Shown: positions 40,980-52,747 of the stretch, piece after piece | Numbering within the stretch: the stretch's first letter is position 1 | Layout: each line of letters begins with the position of its first letter | NCBI GenBank assembly: GCA_030153785.1 | Contig: JASKLF010000004.1 | Coordinates: 17,551 to 81,550 of the forward strand | Reading direction: 5' to 3' | DNA from: a bacterium | GTDB lineage: Bacteria; Synergistota; GBS-1 | DNA: 64,000 nt | Made by a program: the position numbers and the translations under genes | The notes under the pieces: generated by a model | Seen by the model: only the letters and a program-made list of their open reading frames with translations | Told to the model about the DNA's origin: nothing | Database searches by the model: none

Positions 40980-40999
40980 TTCTGAAATAAAAGGAGAGG

Positions 41000-42775
41000 T
41001 TGGGTATGAAGGAAGGCAGAATTATAAGAGTTTCTGGTCCTCTTGTGGTGGCTGATAATATGTTAGGTGCTAAGATGTACGATGTGGTTTATGTTGGTAA
41101 ACATGGTCTTGTGGGAGAGATAATAGAGCTTAAAGGGGATCAGGCCTTTATTCAGGTGTATGAGGAGACCTCTGGAATAGGTCCGGGTGAACCTGTTGTT
41201 TCCACTGGAATGCCCTTGAGCGTGGAGCTTGGCCCAGGCCTAATAGAGTCCATATTTGATGGGATTCAAAGACCCCTTAATCTTGTGGAGGAAATGGCCA
41301 GGAGTCCCTTTATAACTCGTGGACTGAAGGTTAATGCCCTTGATAGGGATAAGAAATGGCATTTTGTTCCCAAGGTGAAAGAGGGAGAGGATCTGGAGGA
41401 AGGAGACATCTTAGGCGTTGTCCAGGAAACTGTCCTTGTTGAACATAGAATAATGGTTCCTCCTGGTAAGAAGGGTAGGTTAAAGAAGATAGTTAAAGAA
41501 GGAGACTATACTGTTGAAGAAGTGATAGCTGTCCTTGAGTGCGAGGGCGAGGAAGTAGAACTTACGATGATGCAAAAATGGCCTGTTAGACAGCGAAGAC
41601 CTTATAAAAAGCAACTTCCTCCTGCTGAACCTTTAACAACAGGGCAGAGAGTAATAGACACGTTCTTTACTTTGGCAAAAGGCGGAACTGCTTGTGTTCC
41701 TGGTCCCTTTGGTAGCGGTAAAACGGTAATTCAACATCAGCTTGCTAAATGGGCTAGTGCTGATATAGTGGTTTACATAGGTTGTGGTGAAAGAGGTAAC
41801 GAAATGACCGATGTTCTTATTGAATTTCCCGAGCTTACCGATCCTAAATCGGGTGAACCATTAATGAAGAGAACGATCTTAGTTGCTAACACTTCGAATA
41901 TGCCAGTTGCAGCTAGGGAAGCTTCAATATATACTGGGATAACGATGGCAGAATACTACAGGGATATGGGATACGATGTTGCCTTAATGGCTGATTCTAC
42001 ATCAAGATGGGCAGAGGCTTTAAGGGAAATCTCGGGAAGGTTGGAAGAAATGCCGGGTGAAGAGGGGTATCCTGCTTATTTAGGAACGAGGTTAGCTTCT
42101 TTCTACGAAAGAGCCGGGAAGGTAATATGTTTGGGCAAGGATAACCGTTTGGGTTCTATAAGTGTAATAGGAGCGGTTTCTCCACCGGGGGGAGACCTTT
42201 CAGAGCCCGTTACGCAAAACACTTTGAGAGTTGTAAAAGTTTTCTGGGGATTGGATGCAGAGCTTGCCTATCAAAGGCATTTCCCAGCTATAAATTGGCT
42301 TAATAGCTATTCTCTCTATATGGAAGATCTTGAAGAATATTGGAGAAGGGAGATAGGTGACGAGTGGATTGAGATAAGGAAGGAAGCTATGAAGCTTTTG
42401 GAAGAGGAAGCAGAGCTTAAAGAGATCGTTAGATTGGTTGGGATAGATGCTCTATCCAAGGAGGATAGGCTTAAACTTTTAGCGGCGAAGTCTATCAGAG
42501 AAGATTTCCTCCATCAAAACGCTTTCCACGAGATCGATACTTATACGTCTTTTACCAAGCAGTATAGAATGCTCAAAATAATAATGGATTTTTATAATTT
42601 AGCTCGAGATGCTCTAAAAAAGGGAGCAGATCTAAGGGATATAGAGAATTTGGCCATTCTTGAAGACATAGCATGCATGAAGTATACGCCTGAAAATAGC
42701 ATGGAGCTATTTGACAAGATAGAAGAGGAGCTTAAGAGGCAAATATACGCTCTCATTCCTACTGGAGGTGAATAG
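41000..42775 (+). CDS. atpA: V/A-type ATPase catalytic subunit A
   Basis: 591 aa. Walker A GPFGSGKT, the non-homologous insert region and the GER/PSA motifs of A subunits are present. Confidence 0.95.
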   Translation: MGMKEGRIIRVSGPLVVADNMLGAKMYDVVYVGKHGLVGEIIELKGDQAFIQVYEETSGIGPGEPVVSTGMPLSVELGPGLIESIFDGIQRPLNLVEEMARSPFITRGLKVNALDRDKKWHFVPKVKEGEDLEEGDILGVVQETVLVEHRIMVPPGKKGRLKKIVKEGDYTVEEVIAVLECEGEEVELTMMQKWPVRQRRPYKKQLPPAEPLTTGQRVIDTFFTLAKGGTACVPGPFGSGKTVIQHQLAKWASADIVVYIGCGERGNEMTDVLIEFPELTDPKSGEPLMKRTILVANTSNMPVAAREASIYTGITMAEYYRDMGYDVALMADSTSRWAEALREISGRLEEMPGEEGYPAYLGTRLASFYERAGKVICLGKDNRLGSISVIGAVSPPGGDLSEPVTQNTLRVVKVFWGLDAELAYQRHFPAINWLNSYSLYMEDLEEYWRREIGDEWIEIRKEAMKLLEEEAELKEIVRLVGIDALSKEDRLKLLAAKSIREDFLHQNAFHEIDTYTSFTKQYRMLKIIMDFYNLARDALKKGADLRDIENLAILEDIACMKYTPENSMELFDKIEEELKRQIYALIPTGGE

Positions 42776-42777
42776 AG

Positions 42778-44187
42778 TTGATAAAGGAATACAAAACCAT
42801 AAGCGGTATTTCCGGTCCGCTTATCATAGTTGAAAAAGTTACCGATGTTAAATATGATGAGCTTGTTGAGATTCAACTTGGAAATGGGGAAATTAGAAGA
42901 GGACGTGTTCTTGAAATAACCACTGATAGAGCTCTTGTTCAGGTTTTTGAAGGGACTTCGGGTTTGGATATAAGAGATGCCAAGGTCAGGTTTTTGGGTA
43001 AGGCTCTAGAACTCCCTGTGAGTAGGGATATGCTTGGTAGAATATTTGACGGTTCTGGTAAGCCCATCGATGGAGGTCCTGAGATAATTCCTGAAAAGAA
43101 ACTTGACATAAATGGTAACCCAATAAATCCGTATTCTCGTGATTATCCCTCTGAGTTTATTCAGACCGGTATATCTACCATTGATGGCATGAATACTTTG
43201 GTTAGAGGACAGAAATTGCCGATTTTCTCAGGAAGTGGGCTACCACATTCGAGGATGGCCGCACAAATAGCAAGGCAGGCTAAAGTTTTGACTTCTCACG
43301 AAGAATTTGCAGTGGTATTTGCTGCTATGGGGATTACTTTTGAGGAGGCCAATTTCTTCATAGAAGATTTTAACAGAACTGGTGCCATTAAAAGGGCGGT
43401 CATGTTTATAAACCTGGCTGATGACCCAGCTATAGAACGTATAGCTACTCCACGATTGGCTTTAACTGCTGCTGAGTACTTGGCTTTCGACCTGGACATG
43501 CATGTCCTTGTTATATTAACGGATATGACCAATTATTGTGAGGCCTTGAGAGAAATATCTGCTGCAAGGAAGGAAGTTCCTGGAAGAAGAGGTTACCCTG
43601 GCTATCTTTATACGGATCTTGCTACTCTCTACGAAAGAGCGGGAAGGATAAAAGGGAAGAGAGGCTCCATAACTCAAATTCCTATACTTACTATGCCGGA
43701 AGATGATAAGACTCATCCAATTCCTGATCTTACTGGTTATATAACTGAGGGGCAGATAATATTAAGTAGAGAGTTGCATAGAAAAGGTATATACCCTCCT
43801 GTTGATGTTTTGCCTTCTTTGTCTCGCCTTAAGGACAAGGGTATTGGAGCAGGCAAAACGAGAGAGGATCACGCTGATCTTTTGAATCAGCTATTTGCGG
43901 CTTATGCGAGAGGGAGGGAAGCGAGAGAACTTGCTATCATTCTTGGCGAGGGCGCTTTAACCGAAGAAGATAGGGCATTTGTGAAGTTCGCTGATGAGTT
44001 CGAGAACAGGTATGTAAAACAGGGTGAGTATGAAGATAGGTCTATAGAGGAGACTCTTGAGTTAGGTTGGGATCTTCTTGCTATGCTTCCTCTCAAGGAA
44101 CTCAAGAGGATAAGTGATGAGTTTAAAGAGAAATGTCTTATACCGAGAATAAAGGCTGGGGAGAAAGCTTATGAAGCTGCGGGTTAA
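42778..44187 (+). CDS. atpB: V/A-type ATPase subunit B
   Basis: 469 aa with motifs typical of the B (regulatory) subunit. Confidence 0.95.
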   Translation: MIKEYKTISGISGPLIIVEKVTDVKYDELVEIQLGNGEIRRGRVLEITTDRALVQVFEGTSGLDIRDAKVRFLGKALELPVSRDMLGRIFDGSGKPIDGGPEIIPEKKLDINGNPINPYSRDYPSEFIQTGISTIDGMNTLVRGQKLPIFSGSGLPHSRMAAQIARQAKVLTSHEEFAVVFAAMGITFEEANFFIEDFNRTGAIKRAVMFINLADDPAIERIATPRLALTAAEYLAFDLDMHVLVILTDMTNYCEALREISAARKEVPGRRGYPGYLYTDLATLYERAGRIKGKRGSITQIPILTMPEDDKTHPIPDLTGYITEGQIILSRELHRKGIYPPVDVLPSLSRLKDKGIGAGKTREDHADLLNQLFAAYARGREARELAIILGEGALTEEDRAFVKFADEFENRYVKQGEYEDRSIEETLELGWDLLAMLPLKELKRISDEFKEKCLIPRIKAGEKAYEAAG

Positions 44188-44791
44188 TCCGAACAGGATG
44201 GAGCTACTCCGCCTTAGGCGGAGGCTTGCAATTGCAAAGAGGGGACATAAGCTTTTAAAGGATAAGCAGGATGCTCTTATAAAGAGATTCATCGAATTGG
44301 CCAGAGAGAGTAAGAGACTAAGAGAAGAGCTGGAAAAAGAACTTCAAAAGGCTTATGGGAGCTTTTTGGGAGCAAGGGCGATTATGAGTAGTAGAAGCCT
44401 TGAGGAAGCATTGCTTATATCTGGTATAAGGTCTCAGCTTAAGGTCAGTATGATAAACATGATGAGCGTTTTAGTTCCTCAATTTGAATTTTTGTATGAA
44501 GGAGATCCCGCAAACTATGGTTTTTGGGAAACCTCTGGGGAGTTAGATTTAGCTTTATATACCTTTATAAATTTTCTTCAAAAGTTAATCAAGCTTGCGC
44601 AAATGGAAAAGGCTGTTGTCTTGCTTGCTGACGAGATAGAAAAAACGAGGAGAAGAGTAAATGCGTTAGAGTATGTATTGATTCCTGCTCTTGAGGAGAC
44701 CATATCTTTTATAAAAATGAAGCTTGATGAAATGGAAAGGTCCACGTTAACGAGATTGATGAAGATAAAGGAGATAGTTAGAAAGCACTAA
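44171..44791 (+). CDS. atpD: V/A-type ATPase subunit D (central stalk)
   Basis: 206 aa with N-terminus [31 protein letters not shown], typical of V-type D. Confidence 0.9.
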   Translation: MKLRVNPNRMELLRLRRRLAIAKRGHKLLKDKQDALIKRFIELARESKRLREELEKELQKAYGSFLGARAIMSSRSLEEALLISGIRSQLKVSMINMMSVLVPQFEFLYEGDPANYGFWETSGELDLALYTFINFLQKLIKLAQMEKAVVLLADEIEKTRRRVNALEYVLIPALEETISFIKMKLDEMERSTLTRLMKIKEIVRKH

Positions 44792-44809
44792 GAAGGGAGA
44801 GTAAAGTTG

Positions 44810-45286
44810 ATGCGGGGGGAGAAAGTTTTTATTGCAGATACAGCAAAGTTAATCGGAGATGTAAGATTGGGTGAGAAAGTGAGTGTTTGGTTCGGTGCCG
44901 TTTTAAGAGGAGATATAGCTCCAATAGAAATAGGGGATTTAAGCAATATCCAGGATAACGTGGTTATTCATGTTGATAAGGGCGTTCCAACCATAATAGG
45001 CAGGGGAGTTACTGTAGGACATGGCGCTATCATACATGCGTGTAAAGTTAACGATTACGCTTTAATAGGTATGGGGGCAATCTTGCTTGACAATTGTATT
45101 ATAGGGGATCATTCTATAATAGCAGCGGGGACAGTTATAACGCCTGGAAGGGAAATACCTCCAGGCGTTCTTGTTATGGGGATTCCCGGAAAGGTGGTCA
45201 GGGAGCTCACGGAGGAAGAGAAAAGAAACTTGGAAGAGCATGCCCTTAACTATTGGGAGCTTGCTAAAACTTATTTAACTCGTTGA
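44810..45286 (+). CDS. gamma-class carbonic anhydrase / hexapeptide-repeat (LbH) family protein
   Basis: A left-handed beta-helix repeat pattern and Zn-ligand His residues (VVIHVD...GHGAIIHAC). Confidence 0.75.
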   Translation: MRGEKVFIADTAKLIGDVRLGEKVSVWFGAVLRGDIAPIEIGDLSNIQDNVVIHVDKGVPTIIGRGVTVGHGAIIHACKVNDYALIGMGAILLDNCIIGDHSIIAAGTVITPGREIPPGVLVMGIPGKVVRELTEEEKRNLEEHALNYWELAKTYLTR

Positions 45287-46077
45287 TAGAAAAAGGGTTT
45301 GATGGATTTAAAGCCTATTTCTCTGTATCCAAATATTTGTTCAGTGTTGCCTACCATTAAAACACCACCTATACGGAGTGCGTCTCTAAATTTGAGGTAA
45401 AGTTTTTCTTTTATTTCTTTTTCGAAGTATATTACTACATTTCTACAAAGTATTAAATCAAATTCTTTGTCGAACGGATCATTAAGAAGGTCGTGTTTCT
45501 TAAATTCTACCCTGTCCTTAATGTTTTGAGAAATTTCATATAAGTTTTGGGTTCTTTTTATAAAATACTTATTAAGGCGTTCAGCGGTAACATTTTGCAG
45601 TTGCTTAATATCGTAAACGCCCTCTCTTGCTTTCTCCAAAACGTTGGGGTCTATATCGGTAGCCAGAATGCGCGGATACCTTTTTATTCTTAAATCTTCA
45701 AATATTATCGCAAGGGAATATGGCTCCTCTCCTGTAGAACAACCTGCACTCCAAGCCTTTATACTCCTGTCAGTTTTTGTTTCAAGGATGAGTGGAAGAA
45801 CCTCTTTTTCAAGGATTTCAAATCTATCAGGATTTCTGAAGAACTCAGAGACATTGATTGTAAGGTAGTCAACAAATGTTCTGTATTTTTCTTTGTCGGA
45901 TTTTATGTTTTTTAAAAGGTCATCGTAGGTTTCTATATTCCATCTTCTCATAAACATGTGAACTCTTCTGTGTATCTGATGTTTGTAATAGTTTAGGTCT
46001 ATTCCTGATATCTCTAGAAATTTCTTTTTAAAATCTTCATATTCTTTAGGGAAAGATGCAAAATCGTTTTGAGCCAT
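45271..46077 (-). CDS. cheR: chemotaxis protein methyltransferase CheR
   Basis: 268 aa with a CheR N-terminal domain and a SAM-MTase domain (WSAGCSTGEEPYSLAI). RBS GGGAGGAGG. Confidence 0.85.
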   Translation of the reverse strand: MAQNDFASFPKEYEDFKKKFLEISGIDLNYYKHQIHRRVHMFMRRWNIETYDDLLKNIKSDKEKYRTFVDYLTINVSEFFRNPDRFEILEKEVLPLILETKTDRSIKAWSAGCSTGEEPYSLAIIFEDLRIKRYPRILATDIDPNVLEKAREGVYDIKQLQNVTAERLNKYFIKRTQNLYEISQNIKDRVEFKKHDLLNDPFDKEFDLILCRNVVIYFEKEIKEKLYLKFRDALRIGGVLMVGNTEQIFGYREIGFKSIKPFFYQRVK

Positions 46078-46112
46078 TTTAGAAATCCTCCTCCCCTGTT
46101 TTCTTTCTAAAG

Positions 46113-46121
46113 ATTATACCA
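46113..46121 (-). promoter_or_regulatory. extended -10 element (TGgTATAAT on the minus strand) in the trpA-cheR intergenic region
   Basis: The plus-strand sequence attatacca at 46113-46121 is the reverse complement of TGGTATAAT. It lies ~35 nt upstream of cheR ATG 46077. Confidence 0.3.
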
Positions 46122-46156
46122 TTTTTATTTATGTATGAGTAAAATTTAGGTTGTGC

Positions 46157-46981
46157 TTATTTAGGTCCTTCTATTGCCAATTTGAATTTTCTTGTGAAAT
46201 TTTTGACTTCCTCAAGGATGGTTTCTTTTTCTAGCATTCCTGTTGATATAAGATTATCAATCATTTTTATAAAGGCGCTTCCTACAACTATACCATCAAC
46301 AAAAGGGGAAACTCTTTGAGCTGTTTCAGGAGAGTCTACGCCGAAGCCCAGAACCATCGGTAGGGGAGAGAGCTTGCGTATCTGAGGTAGGTCTCGGGAT
46401 ATCCAATCGAATAGAGGCTTTTTACTGTCTCCTGTAATTCCTATTAATGATACGCAGTATATAAACCCGCTTGCATATTTAATGATTTCCTTCACTCTTT
46501 GTATTGGTGTAACAGGCGTTATCATCATTATAGTTTTTAACCCTGCTCTTTGGGCTTCTAAGTATAAGGTTTCGTTTTCGTCGAAAGGAAGATCAGGAAT
46601 TATTATGCCTGCTATTCCTGCTTTTTTAGCATCGCTCACAAAATTTTCTATTCCATAAGCTAAAATAGGATTGTAATAGCTCATTATAACAAGCGGTGTA
46701 TCCACTTTATAAGATACTTTTGAAAGCATCTTGAGTACGGACTTTAGACCGATACCTTGTTTTAATGCAATTTGGCTTGACTTTTGAATTGTTACTCCGT
46801 CTGCAAGGGGGTCTGAGAAGGGTATGCCAATTTCTATGATATCTGCTCCACTTTCACTTAGACTGTATACTATTTCTTCGAACAGTTCTATGCGAGGGTA
46901 ACCTGTTGTTATGAATGGGATGAGTACCTTTCCTTTTTTAAAGATTTCTTCAAACAAGTGTTTCTCATTCATTGTTATCAC
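46157..46981 (-). CDS. trpA: tryptophan synthase alpha subunit
   Basis: The PFSDPLADG motif is present. It is the last gene of the trp operon. Confidence 0.9.
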   Translation of the reverse strand: MITMNEKHLFEEIFKKGKVLIPFITTGYPRIELFEEIVYSLSESGADIIEIGIPFSDPLADGVTIQKSSQIALKQGIGLKSVLKMLSKVSYKVDTPLVIMSYYNPILAYGIENFVSDAKKAGIAGIIIPDLPFDENETLYLEAQRAGLKTIMMITPVTPIQRVKEIIKYASGFIYCVSLIGITGDSKKPLFDWISRDLPQIRKLSPLPMVLGFGVDSPETAQRVSPFVDGIVVGSAFIKMIDNLISTGMLEKETILEEVKNFTRKFKLAIEGPK

Positions 46982-48179
46982 CTTCTTCTACTCCAAGACT
47001 TTTTATCAAGGTTGACATGTCTTTGTCTCCTCTTCCCGAGAGATTTACGATTATAATCTCATTATTTTTAACTACCTTCGTGAGCTTGAGGGCATAAGCT
47101 ATCGCATGAGCGCTTTCAAGTGCTGGAATTATCCCCTCTGTTCGGATAAGGGTCATAGCTGCTTCTATGGCTTCCTCGTCACTTACAGTTACGTAAAGCG
47201 CCCTTCCAGTTTCTTTCAAAAATGCGTGTTCTGGCCCTACGCCAGGGTAGTCTAGACCGGCGGAAATAGAGTAGGGATTTATTATTTGTCCATTTTCGTC
47301 TTGAAGAACATAGGACTTGCAACCGTGTAGAACTCCTATCTTACCTGCATTAAGCGAGGCTGCATGAAGTCCAGACTCTACCCCTTTTCCTCCTGCCTCG
47401 ACGCCTATCAATTTTACTTGGACGTCATCTATAAAGGGATAAAATATACCAATTGCGTTACTTCCTCCTCCTACACATGCCACTATATAATCCGGTAATC
47501 GATTTTCCTTTTCTAATATCTGTTGTTTTGTTTCCTCCCCGATGATTTTTTGGAAATCCCTTACTATAGTGGGGTATGGATGAGGTCCTACTACAGAGCC
47601 TATAAGGTAATATGTGGTTTCTACGTTTGAGACCCAGTCTCTTATGGCTTCATTAGTTGCATCTTTTAAAGTTTTGCTTCCCGATGAGACTGGAATGACT
47701 TTAGCTCCTAGCATTTTCATTTTGTAAACGTTAGGCTTTTGCCTCTCTATGTCCTCTTCCCCCATGTATATATTACACTCCAAGCCGAGCTTAGCGCACA
47801 CGGTGGCTACAGCAACTCCATGTTGACCGGCCCCTGTTTCCGCTATGATTCTTTTTTTTCCCATTTTTTTCGCTAAAAGTATTTGTCCTATAGCGTTGTT
47901 TATTTTGTGTGCTCCCGTATGGGCTAAGTCTTCCCTTTTAAGGTAAATTTTTCCTCTACCTTGTTCTTTAGATAGCCTTTCTGCATAATACAAGGGAGTT
48001 GGTCTACCACAGTAATCTCGGAGTAAAAGGTTTAACTCTTCTCTGAAAGAGGGGTCATCTTTGAGCGAGTAGTATACTTTTTCAAGTTCCTCTAATGCGG
48101 GAATTAATGTTTCTGGAACAAATCTTCCCCCAAATTCCCCGAAATATCCTGTTTTCTTTCTTTGGTCTAACATATTCAA
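46965..48179 (-). CDS. trpB: tryptophan synthase beta subunit
   Basis: 404 aa with the PLP-Lys motif [10 protein letters not shown]. Confidence 0.95.
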   Translation of the reverse strand: MNMLDQRKKTGYFGEFGGRFVPETLIPALEELEKVYYSLKDDPSFREELNLLLRDYCGRPTPLYYAERLSKEQGRGKIYLKREDLAHTGAHKINNAIGQILLAKKMGKKRIIAETGAGQHGVAVATVCAKLGLECNIYMGEEDIERQKPNVYKMKMLGAKVIPVSSGSKTLKDATNEAIRDWVSNVETTYYLIGSVVGPHPYPTIVRDFQKIIGEETKQQILEKENRLPDYIVACVGGGSNAIGIFYPFIDDVQVKLIGVEAGGKGVESGLHAASLNAGKIGVLHGCKSYVLQDENGQIINPYSISAGLDYPGVGPEHAFLKETGRALYVTVSDEEAIEAAMTLIRTEGIIPALESAHAIAYALKLTKVVKNNEIIIVNLSGRGDKDMSTLIKSLGVEEGDNNE

Positions 48180-48799
48180 TCCTCCTTTATCGATCTTACC
48201 AATTTTATAAGCTTTTCCATTTTAGAGTGGTCCTTTATACCAGGTTCCACTTCTAAAGAGCTATTGACATCTATGGCGTCTGGTTTTACCTTTTTTATGG
48301 CATCCATAACGTTATGAATTCCTATCCCTCCCGCTAAGATGAAGGGTTTTCTCTTGCTATAGTTTCTAATTATAGACCAATCGAAGGTCTTTCCTGTTCC
48401 ACCTGTTTCTTTGCCGACTTTTGTGTCGAAGAGTAGCATATCCGCTACCTTGGTGTAGGATTCTACTAAATTAAGATCTTCTTTCCCTTCTATTGGAATT
48501 GCTTTTATGGTTTTTAACGGAACTTTTTCTATCAATTCCGGGCTTTCTGACCCGTGAAATTGTATGTGGGTGAATATGCGCGATCTTATTATTTTTTCTA
48601 TCTCTTCGGGTGATGGGTCTTTAACGACGGCAACTAAAGGATAAAAGGGGGGAACTGCTTTTGATAGATTTATAGCTTCATCAAGGGATACCTGTCTTTT
48701 ACTTTCACAAAGTATGAATCCTATTGCATCAAAGTTTAGTTCTACTGCCTTCTTGAGGTCTTCCTCCCTTTTAATCCCACATATCTTTACCTTGAGCAA
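48176..48799 (-). CDS. trpF: phosphoribosylanthranilate isomerase
   Basis: 207 aa PRAI TIM barrel (KICGI...GFIL). Confidence 0.85.
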   Translation of the reverse strand: MLKVKICGIKREEDLKKAVELNFDAIGFILCESKRQVSLDEAINLSKAVPPFYPLVAVVKDPSPEEIEKIIRSRIFTHIQFHGSESPELIEKVPLKTIKAIPIEGKEDLNLVESYTKVADMLLFDTKVGKETGGTGKTFDWSIIRNYSKRKPFILAGGIGIHNVMDAIKKVKPDAIDVNSSLEVEPGIKDHSKMEKLIKLVRSIKED

Positions 48800-48815
48800 C
48801 TTGGGTAAACCTCCC

Positions 48816-49565
48816 TTAAGCAGAGATTAGCTCCCTTACCTTTTCTAAAGGATTTTCTGATGTTAGAAGGGAGTATCCTACAAGTATCCCTTTTATTCCT
48901 GACTTTTTTAGCTTCCTTACCTGATCTGGTGAGGATATACCGCTTTCAGATATTACCGTTACTTCCTTATCTCCGAAGATTTCCTTTATGACGGGCATTA
49001 ATCTTATGGTGTTTTCTATTGAGACTTTAAGCGTTTTTAGATTCCTGTTGTTTATTCCTATCAAGCTTACATCTGCTTTAAATGCTTTTTCGATGTCTTT
49101 TTTATCGTGAACCTCTACAAGAGGAATCAAACCCAGTTTACGGCAAAGCGTTACAAAGGATCGTAGTTTTTTTGAAGACAATATAGAGCTTATGAGCAAA
49201 ACTAAATCTGCGCCCAAGAAAAAGCTTTCGTATATTTGGATTTCGTCTATGATAAAGTCCTTTCTAAGGATGGGAAGTTTTGTTAGATTTCTTACTTTCT
49301 TTAATAGTTCTGCATCGCCGTTGAAGAATTTTTCTTCTGTAACTACAGATATTGCGCTTGCTCCTCCTTTTTCATAGGCTTCTATTTGAGATGCTATATC
49401 AAGATTGGCCTTTATAACTCCTGTAGAGGGAGAGGAGAGTTTTATTTCCCCTATTAGGAAAAAATCCTTTTCTTTGAAAAACGGATTGAGAGACTCTCCC
49501 TTTTTTATTCGATTTAATGTTTCTTTTTTGGCGTTAATAACTTCTGAAAGAAAGTTTCTTTTCAT
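48816..49565 (-). CDS. trpC: indole-3-glycerol phosphate synthase
   Basis: 249 aa with the IGEIKLSSPSTG motif. Confidence 0.9.
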   Translation of the reverse strand: MKRNFLSEVINAKKETLNRIKKGESLNPFFKEKDFFLIGEIKLSSPSTGVIKANLDIASQIEAYEKGGASAISVVTEEKFFNGDAELLKKVRNLTKLPILRKDFIIDEIQIYESFFLGADLVLLISSILSSKKLRSFVTLCRKLGLIPLVEVHDKKDIEKAFKADVSLIGINNRNLKTLKVSIENTIRLMPVIKEIFGDKEVTVISESGISSPDQVRKLKKSGIKGILVGYSLLTSENPLEKVRELISA

Positions 49566-49567
49566 TT

Positions 49568-50596
49568 TTAATTCATCTCCCTGGTAAGCTCTATTAGCTC
49601 TTTTAACTTTTGTTTTGCTTTTCCACTGTCGACGATTTCGGCTGCAAACTCTATTCCCTCTTTGATTGTTTTTGTCTTTCCAGCAATCATGAACACAGCT
49701 CCTGCGTTGAGTAATACTATGTCTCGTTTCGGGCCTTTTTCTCCATTTAGAATTCTTAGAGCTATAATTGCATTTTCTTTTGGTTTTCCTCCCTTAACTT
49801 CGTTTAGGTTGCTCCTTTTGATACCTACTTCTTCAGGGGAAAAAGCAAATTCATTTATTTTCCCATCCTCATCTAGCAGGGCAACTTTGTTAATTCCCCA
49901 TGTGCATAGTTCATCGGCACCGCTTCCGTGAACAACCATTGCCTTTTTTCTTCCCAATTTTTTAAGGGCTTGGGCAATTATTCCGAGCAGGTTTTCATCG
50001 TATACCCCTATTAATTGATGTGTCGGTAAAGCTGGGTTGATAAGAGGTCCTAGCAGGTTGAAGAGTGTTCTTGTTTTTAACTCTCTTCTTACAGGAGCCA
50101 CGTTTTTCATTGCAGTGTGGAATGCAGGGGCAAATATGAAGCCGATATTGACCTCTTCTATACATTGTTGAACTTTTTCGGGTGAAAGTTCTATTTTGAC
50201 TCCAAGTTCTGCTAATAAATCTGCACTACCACTTTCGCTGGAAATGGACTTGTTGCCGTGTTTTGCAATGGGAACTCCTCCTGCTGCGCAGATTATAGCT
50301 ACTATTGTAGAAATGTTAAAGGTTTTTAGCATGTCTCCACCTGTTCCACAGGTATCTACTAAGACTTCCTTTTTTACATTGACCTTGACAGCTTTTTCCA
50401 ATAATGTAGTAGCAGCCCCGCTTATTTCTTCTGGGGCCTCCCCCTTTGCTCGAAGGGCTATTAATAAAGCTCCTGTTTGAGTACTTGTAATTTCTTTTGA
50501 TATAATTAGGTCCATCATTTTTGCTGCTTCTTCAGAGGAAAGGTTCTCTTTTCTAAGCATCTTTTCTAACAGTTCCTTGTAAATCATTTCAGACAT
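49568..50596 (-). CDS. trpD: anthranilate phosphoribosyltransferase
   Basis: 342 aa with the GTGGD motif. Confidence 0.9.
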   Translation of the reverse strand: MSEMIYKELLEKMLRKENLSSEEAAKMMDLIISKEITSTQTGALLIALRAKGEAPEEISGAATTLLEKAVKVNVKKEVLVDTCGTGGDMLKTFNISTIVAIICAAGGVPIAKHGNKSISSESGSADLLAELGVKIELSPEKVQQCIEEVNIGFIFAPAFHTAMKNVAPVRRELKTRTLFNLLGPLINPALPTHQLIGVYDENLLGIIAQALKKLGRKKAMVVHGSGADELCTWGINKVALLDEDGKINEFAFSPEEVGIKRSNLNEVKGGKPKENAIIALRILNGEKGPKRDIVLLNAGAVFMIAGKTKTIKEGIEFAAEIVDSGKAKQKLKELIELTREMN

Positions 50597-51182
50597 TTTT
50601 TAATTCCACCGTCCTTTTTATCTCCGTCTTTAGGAAATTTTTTAGAATTTTTTTCCCTTCGGTGGTTAGAATGGATTCTGGATGAAATTGGAGTCCAAAC
50701 GTGGGAAATCTCTTGTGCATGATTCCCATGATTTCCTTATCTTCGCTTTCTGCAATTATTTCAAGATCTCCTGGTAAACCGTGCCTTTTAACCACCAATG
50801 AGTGATACCTTGTAGCTAAGAAGGGGGAGGGGAGTCCTTCAAGGATTCCTTTATTGGAATGGTAAATCATTGATGTTTTTCCATGCATTGGAGCTTTGGC
50901 TCTTTCAACTCTTCCTCCAAATACAAAACCGATACATTGATGTCCTAAACATATTCCTAATATGGGAATATACTTGTAAAATCTTTTTACAACTTCGTTT
51001 GAGATCCCAGCATCTTGAGGGGTTCCTGGTCCGGGCGATATAACTATATGGGAGGGGTTTAACTTCTCTATATCTTCTATCTTTAACTTATCGTTCCTGA
51101 ACACAATTACCTCGTCCATTTCAGATAGATATTGAACCAAGTTATATGTAAAGGAATCATAATTATCTATTACTAAAATCAT
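50589..51182 (-). CDS. trpG: anthranilate synthase component II (glutamine amidotransferase)
   Basis: 197 aa class I GATase with catalytic GICLGHQ and His/Glu residues. Confidence 0.9.
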   Translation of the reverse strand: MILVIDNYDSFTYNLVQYLSEMDEVIVFRNDKLKIEDIEKLNPSHIVISPGPGTPQDAGISNEVVKRFYKYIPILGICLGHQCIGFVFGGRVERAKAPMHGKTSMIYHSNKGILEGLPSPFLATRYHSLVVKRHGLPGDLEIIAESEDKEIMGIMHKRFPTFGLQFHPESILTTEGKKILKNFLKTEIKRTVELKNV

Positions 51183-51184
51183 CT

Positions 51185-52669
51185 TTATCCCTCCTTTATC
51201 TTTGTTAATGGTTGTTTATGATGGCGATTTTCTATCACCCTCTTGACTGCTTTAAATAGGCCTCGTGCCTTATGTAGCGTTTCTTCGTATTCCGTTTCTG
51301 GTTTTGAATCGCTTACTATACCTGCTCCCGTTTGAATGTGGAACCTGTCGTTGAAGAAATAAATCGTTCTGATGCTTATACACATTTCCATATTGCCGTG
51401 GAATCCTAAGTATCCTACTGCTCCGGCATACGGGCCTCTTGCTTCTTTCTCGAGGTCATTTATTAACTCCATGGCTCTAACTTTAGGGGCTCCTGTTACT
51501 GTTCCTGCTGGGAATGTAGCTTTCAGAACATCTATGAGGGTTTTATCATCTCTAAGGTCTCCCTCAACCTGGGAAGCAATGTGCATTACATGAGGGTAAT
51601 ATTCTATTTTCATTAATTCGGGGGCAACGACACTCCCAGGTTTACAAACCCTTCCTAAGTCGTTTCGGGCTAAATCTACCAGCATCACATGTTCTGCCTT
51701 TTCTTTTATGTCTTCGATAAGTTCTTTTTCTAAGTATTTATCTTCTTGAGGATTTTTCCCCCTTTTTCTTGTTCCTGCAAGAGGTCTTGTCACTACCCTT
51801 TTGTCTTTGACTTCTACAAGTATTTCAGGCGAGGATCCTATAAGTTTGATTTCTGGGAAATTAATAAGGAACATATAGGGAGAGGGGTTTTCGTTTTCCA
51901 AGGCGAATAGAAGGTCTATGGGATCGATATTGCTCTCAAAAGAAAACCTCTGGGATATTACTATCTGAAAAATTTCTCCTGCCAGAATGTAGTTTTTTGC
52001 CTCCTCCACCATCTTCAAGTATTCTTTTCTCCGAGTATTTGAGACAAAGTTTCTAATGTAAAAAAACTCTTCCGTTTCTGTATTTTCTTCCGCTCCTCTT
52101 AAAGCTTTTTCTATCATAAAAGAAGCTTCTCTAAATAGCCTTGTTAATACAGTTTTTTCATCTTCACCCTTTTCAAAGTTTTTGATTACATATAGTTTCT
52201 GATTTTCGTGGTCGATGGCTATTATGTCTTTAAAAAGCCCGAAATAAGCTGTTGGGAGATCGAGAGTTTTTAACTTCCTATGATGTTCTGCATGGTATAA
52301 TTCTTCCCATCTGTCTATCATTTCATAGCCTATGTAGCCAAATAACCCTCCACAAAAAGGGGGTAGTTCTTTAGGAAACTTTTGAAAAGCTATTTCTTTC
52401 TCTAATAGCTGTTCGAAGTCGGACCCTCTGTCTTCTCTGATATGCCCGTTTACTTCGTAGAAGAAATTGTTATTTTTCTTGTAAAGCTTAAGCACCTTGT
52501 GGGGATTAGCTCCTATGTAGGTGTATTTTTTGCCTCCTCTGTAAGAGGCATCTACGCTCATGACAAAGGAATGAGAGGTTTCCGAGAGTAGGTTTTTCAA
52601 TATTTCTGGGGAGTAAAAGTTTGCGGGAAGAGGGAGAGAAATGTAAATCGTCTTTATCTCTTTCTCCAC
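51185..52669 (-). CDS. trpE: anthranilate synthase component I
   Basis: Chorismate-binding domain. There are two in-frame GTG candidates (52678 and 52669). The second has better SD spacing (GGAGG-8 nt-GTG). Confidence 0.9.
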   Translation of the reverse strand: MEKEIKTIYISLPLPANFYSPEILKNLLSETSHSFVMSVDASYRGGKKYTYIGANPHKVLKLYKKNNNFFYEVNGHIREDRGSDFEQLLEKEIAFQKFPKELPPFCGGLFGYIGYEMIDRWEELYHAEHHRKLKTLDLPTAYFGLFKDIIAIDHENQKLYVIKNFEKGEDEKTVLTRLFREASFMIEKALRGAEENTETEEFFYIRNFVSNTRRKEYLKMVEEAKNYILAGEIFQIVISQRFSFESNIDPIDLLFALENENPSPYMFLINFPEIKLIGSSPEILVEVKDKRVVTRPLAGTRKRGKNPQEDKYLEKELIEDIKEKAEHVMLVDLARNDLGRVCKPGSVVAPELMKIEYYPHVMHIASQVEGDLRDDKTLIDVLKATFPAGTVTGAPKVRAMELINDLEKEARGPYAGAVGYLGFHGNMEMCISIRTIYFFNDRFHIQTGAGIVSDSKPETEYEETLHKARGLFKAVKRVIENRHHKQPLTKIKEG

Positions 52670-52697
52670 TTTCCTCACCTCCTCTAAGCTTATGCTT

Positions 52698-52731
52698 ATA
52701 AAATAAAAAGGGCCGCTCTCCTGAGCGGCCC
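52698..52731 (-). terminator. second (trpE-proximal) intrinsic terminator in the trp leader
   Basis: The minus-strand RNA GGGCCGCUC-AGGA-GAGCGGCCC is followed by UUUUUAUUUU. It lies ~25 nt upstream of the trpE RBS. Confidence 0.5.
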
Positions 52732-52747
52732 TTTTACACGCAGTAAA

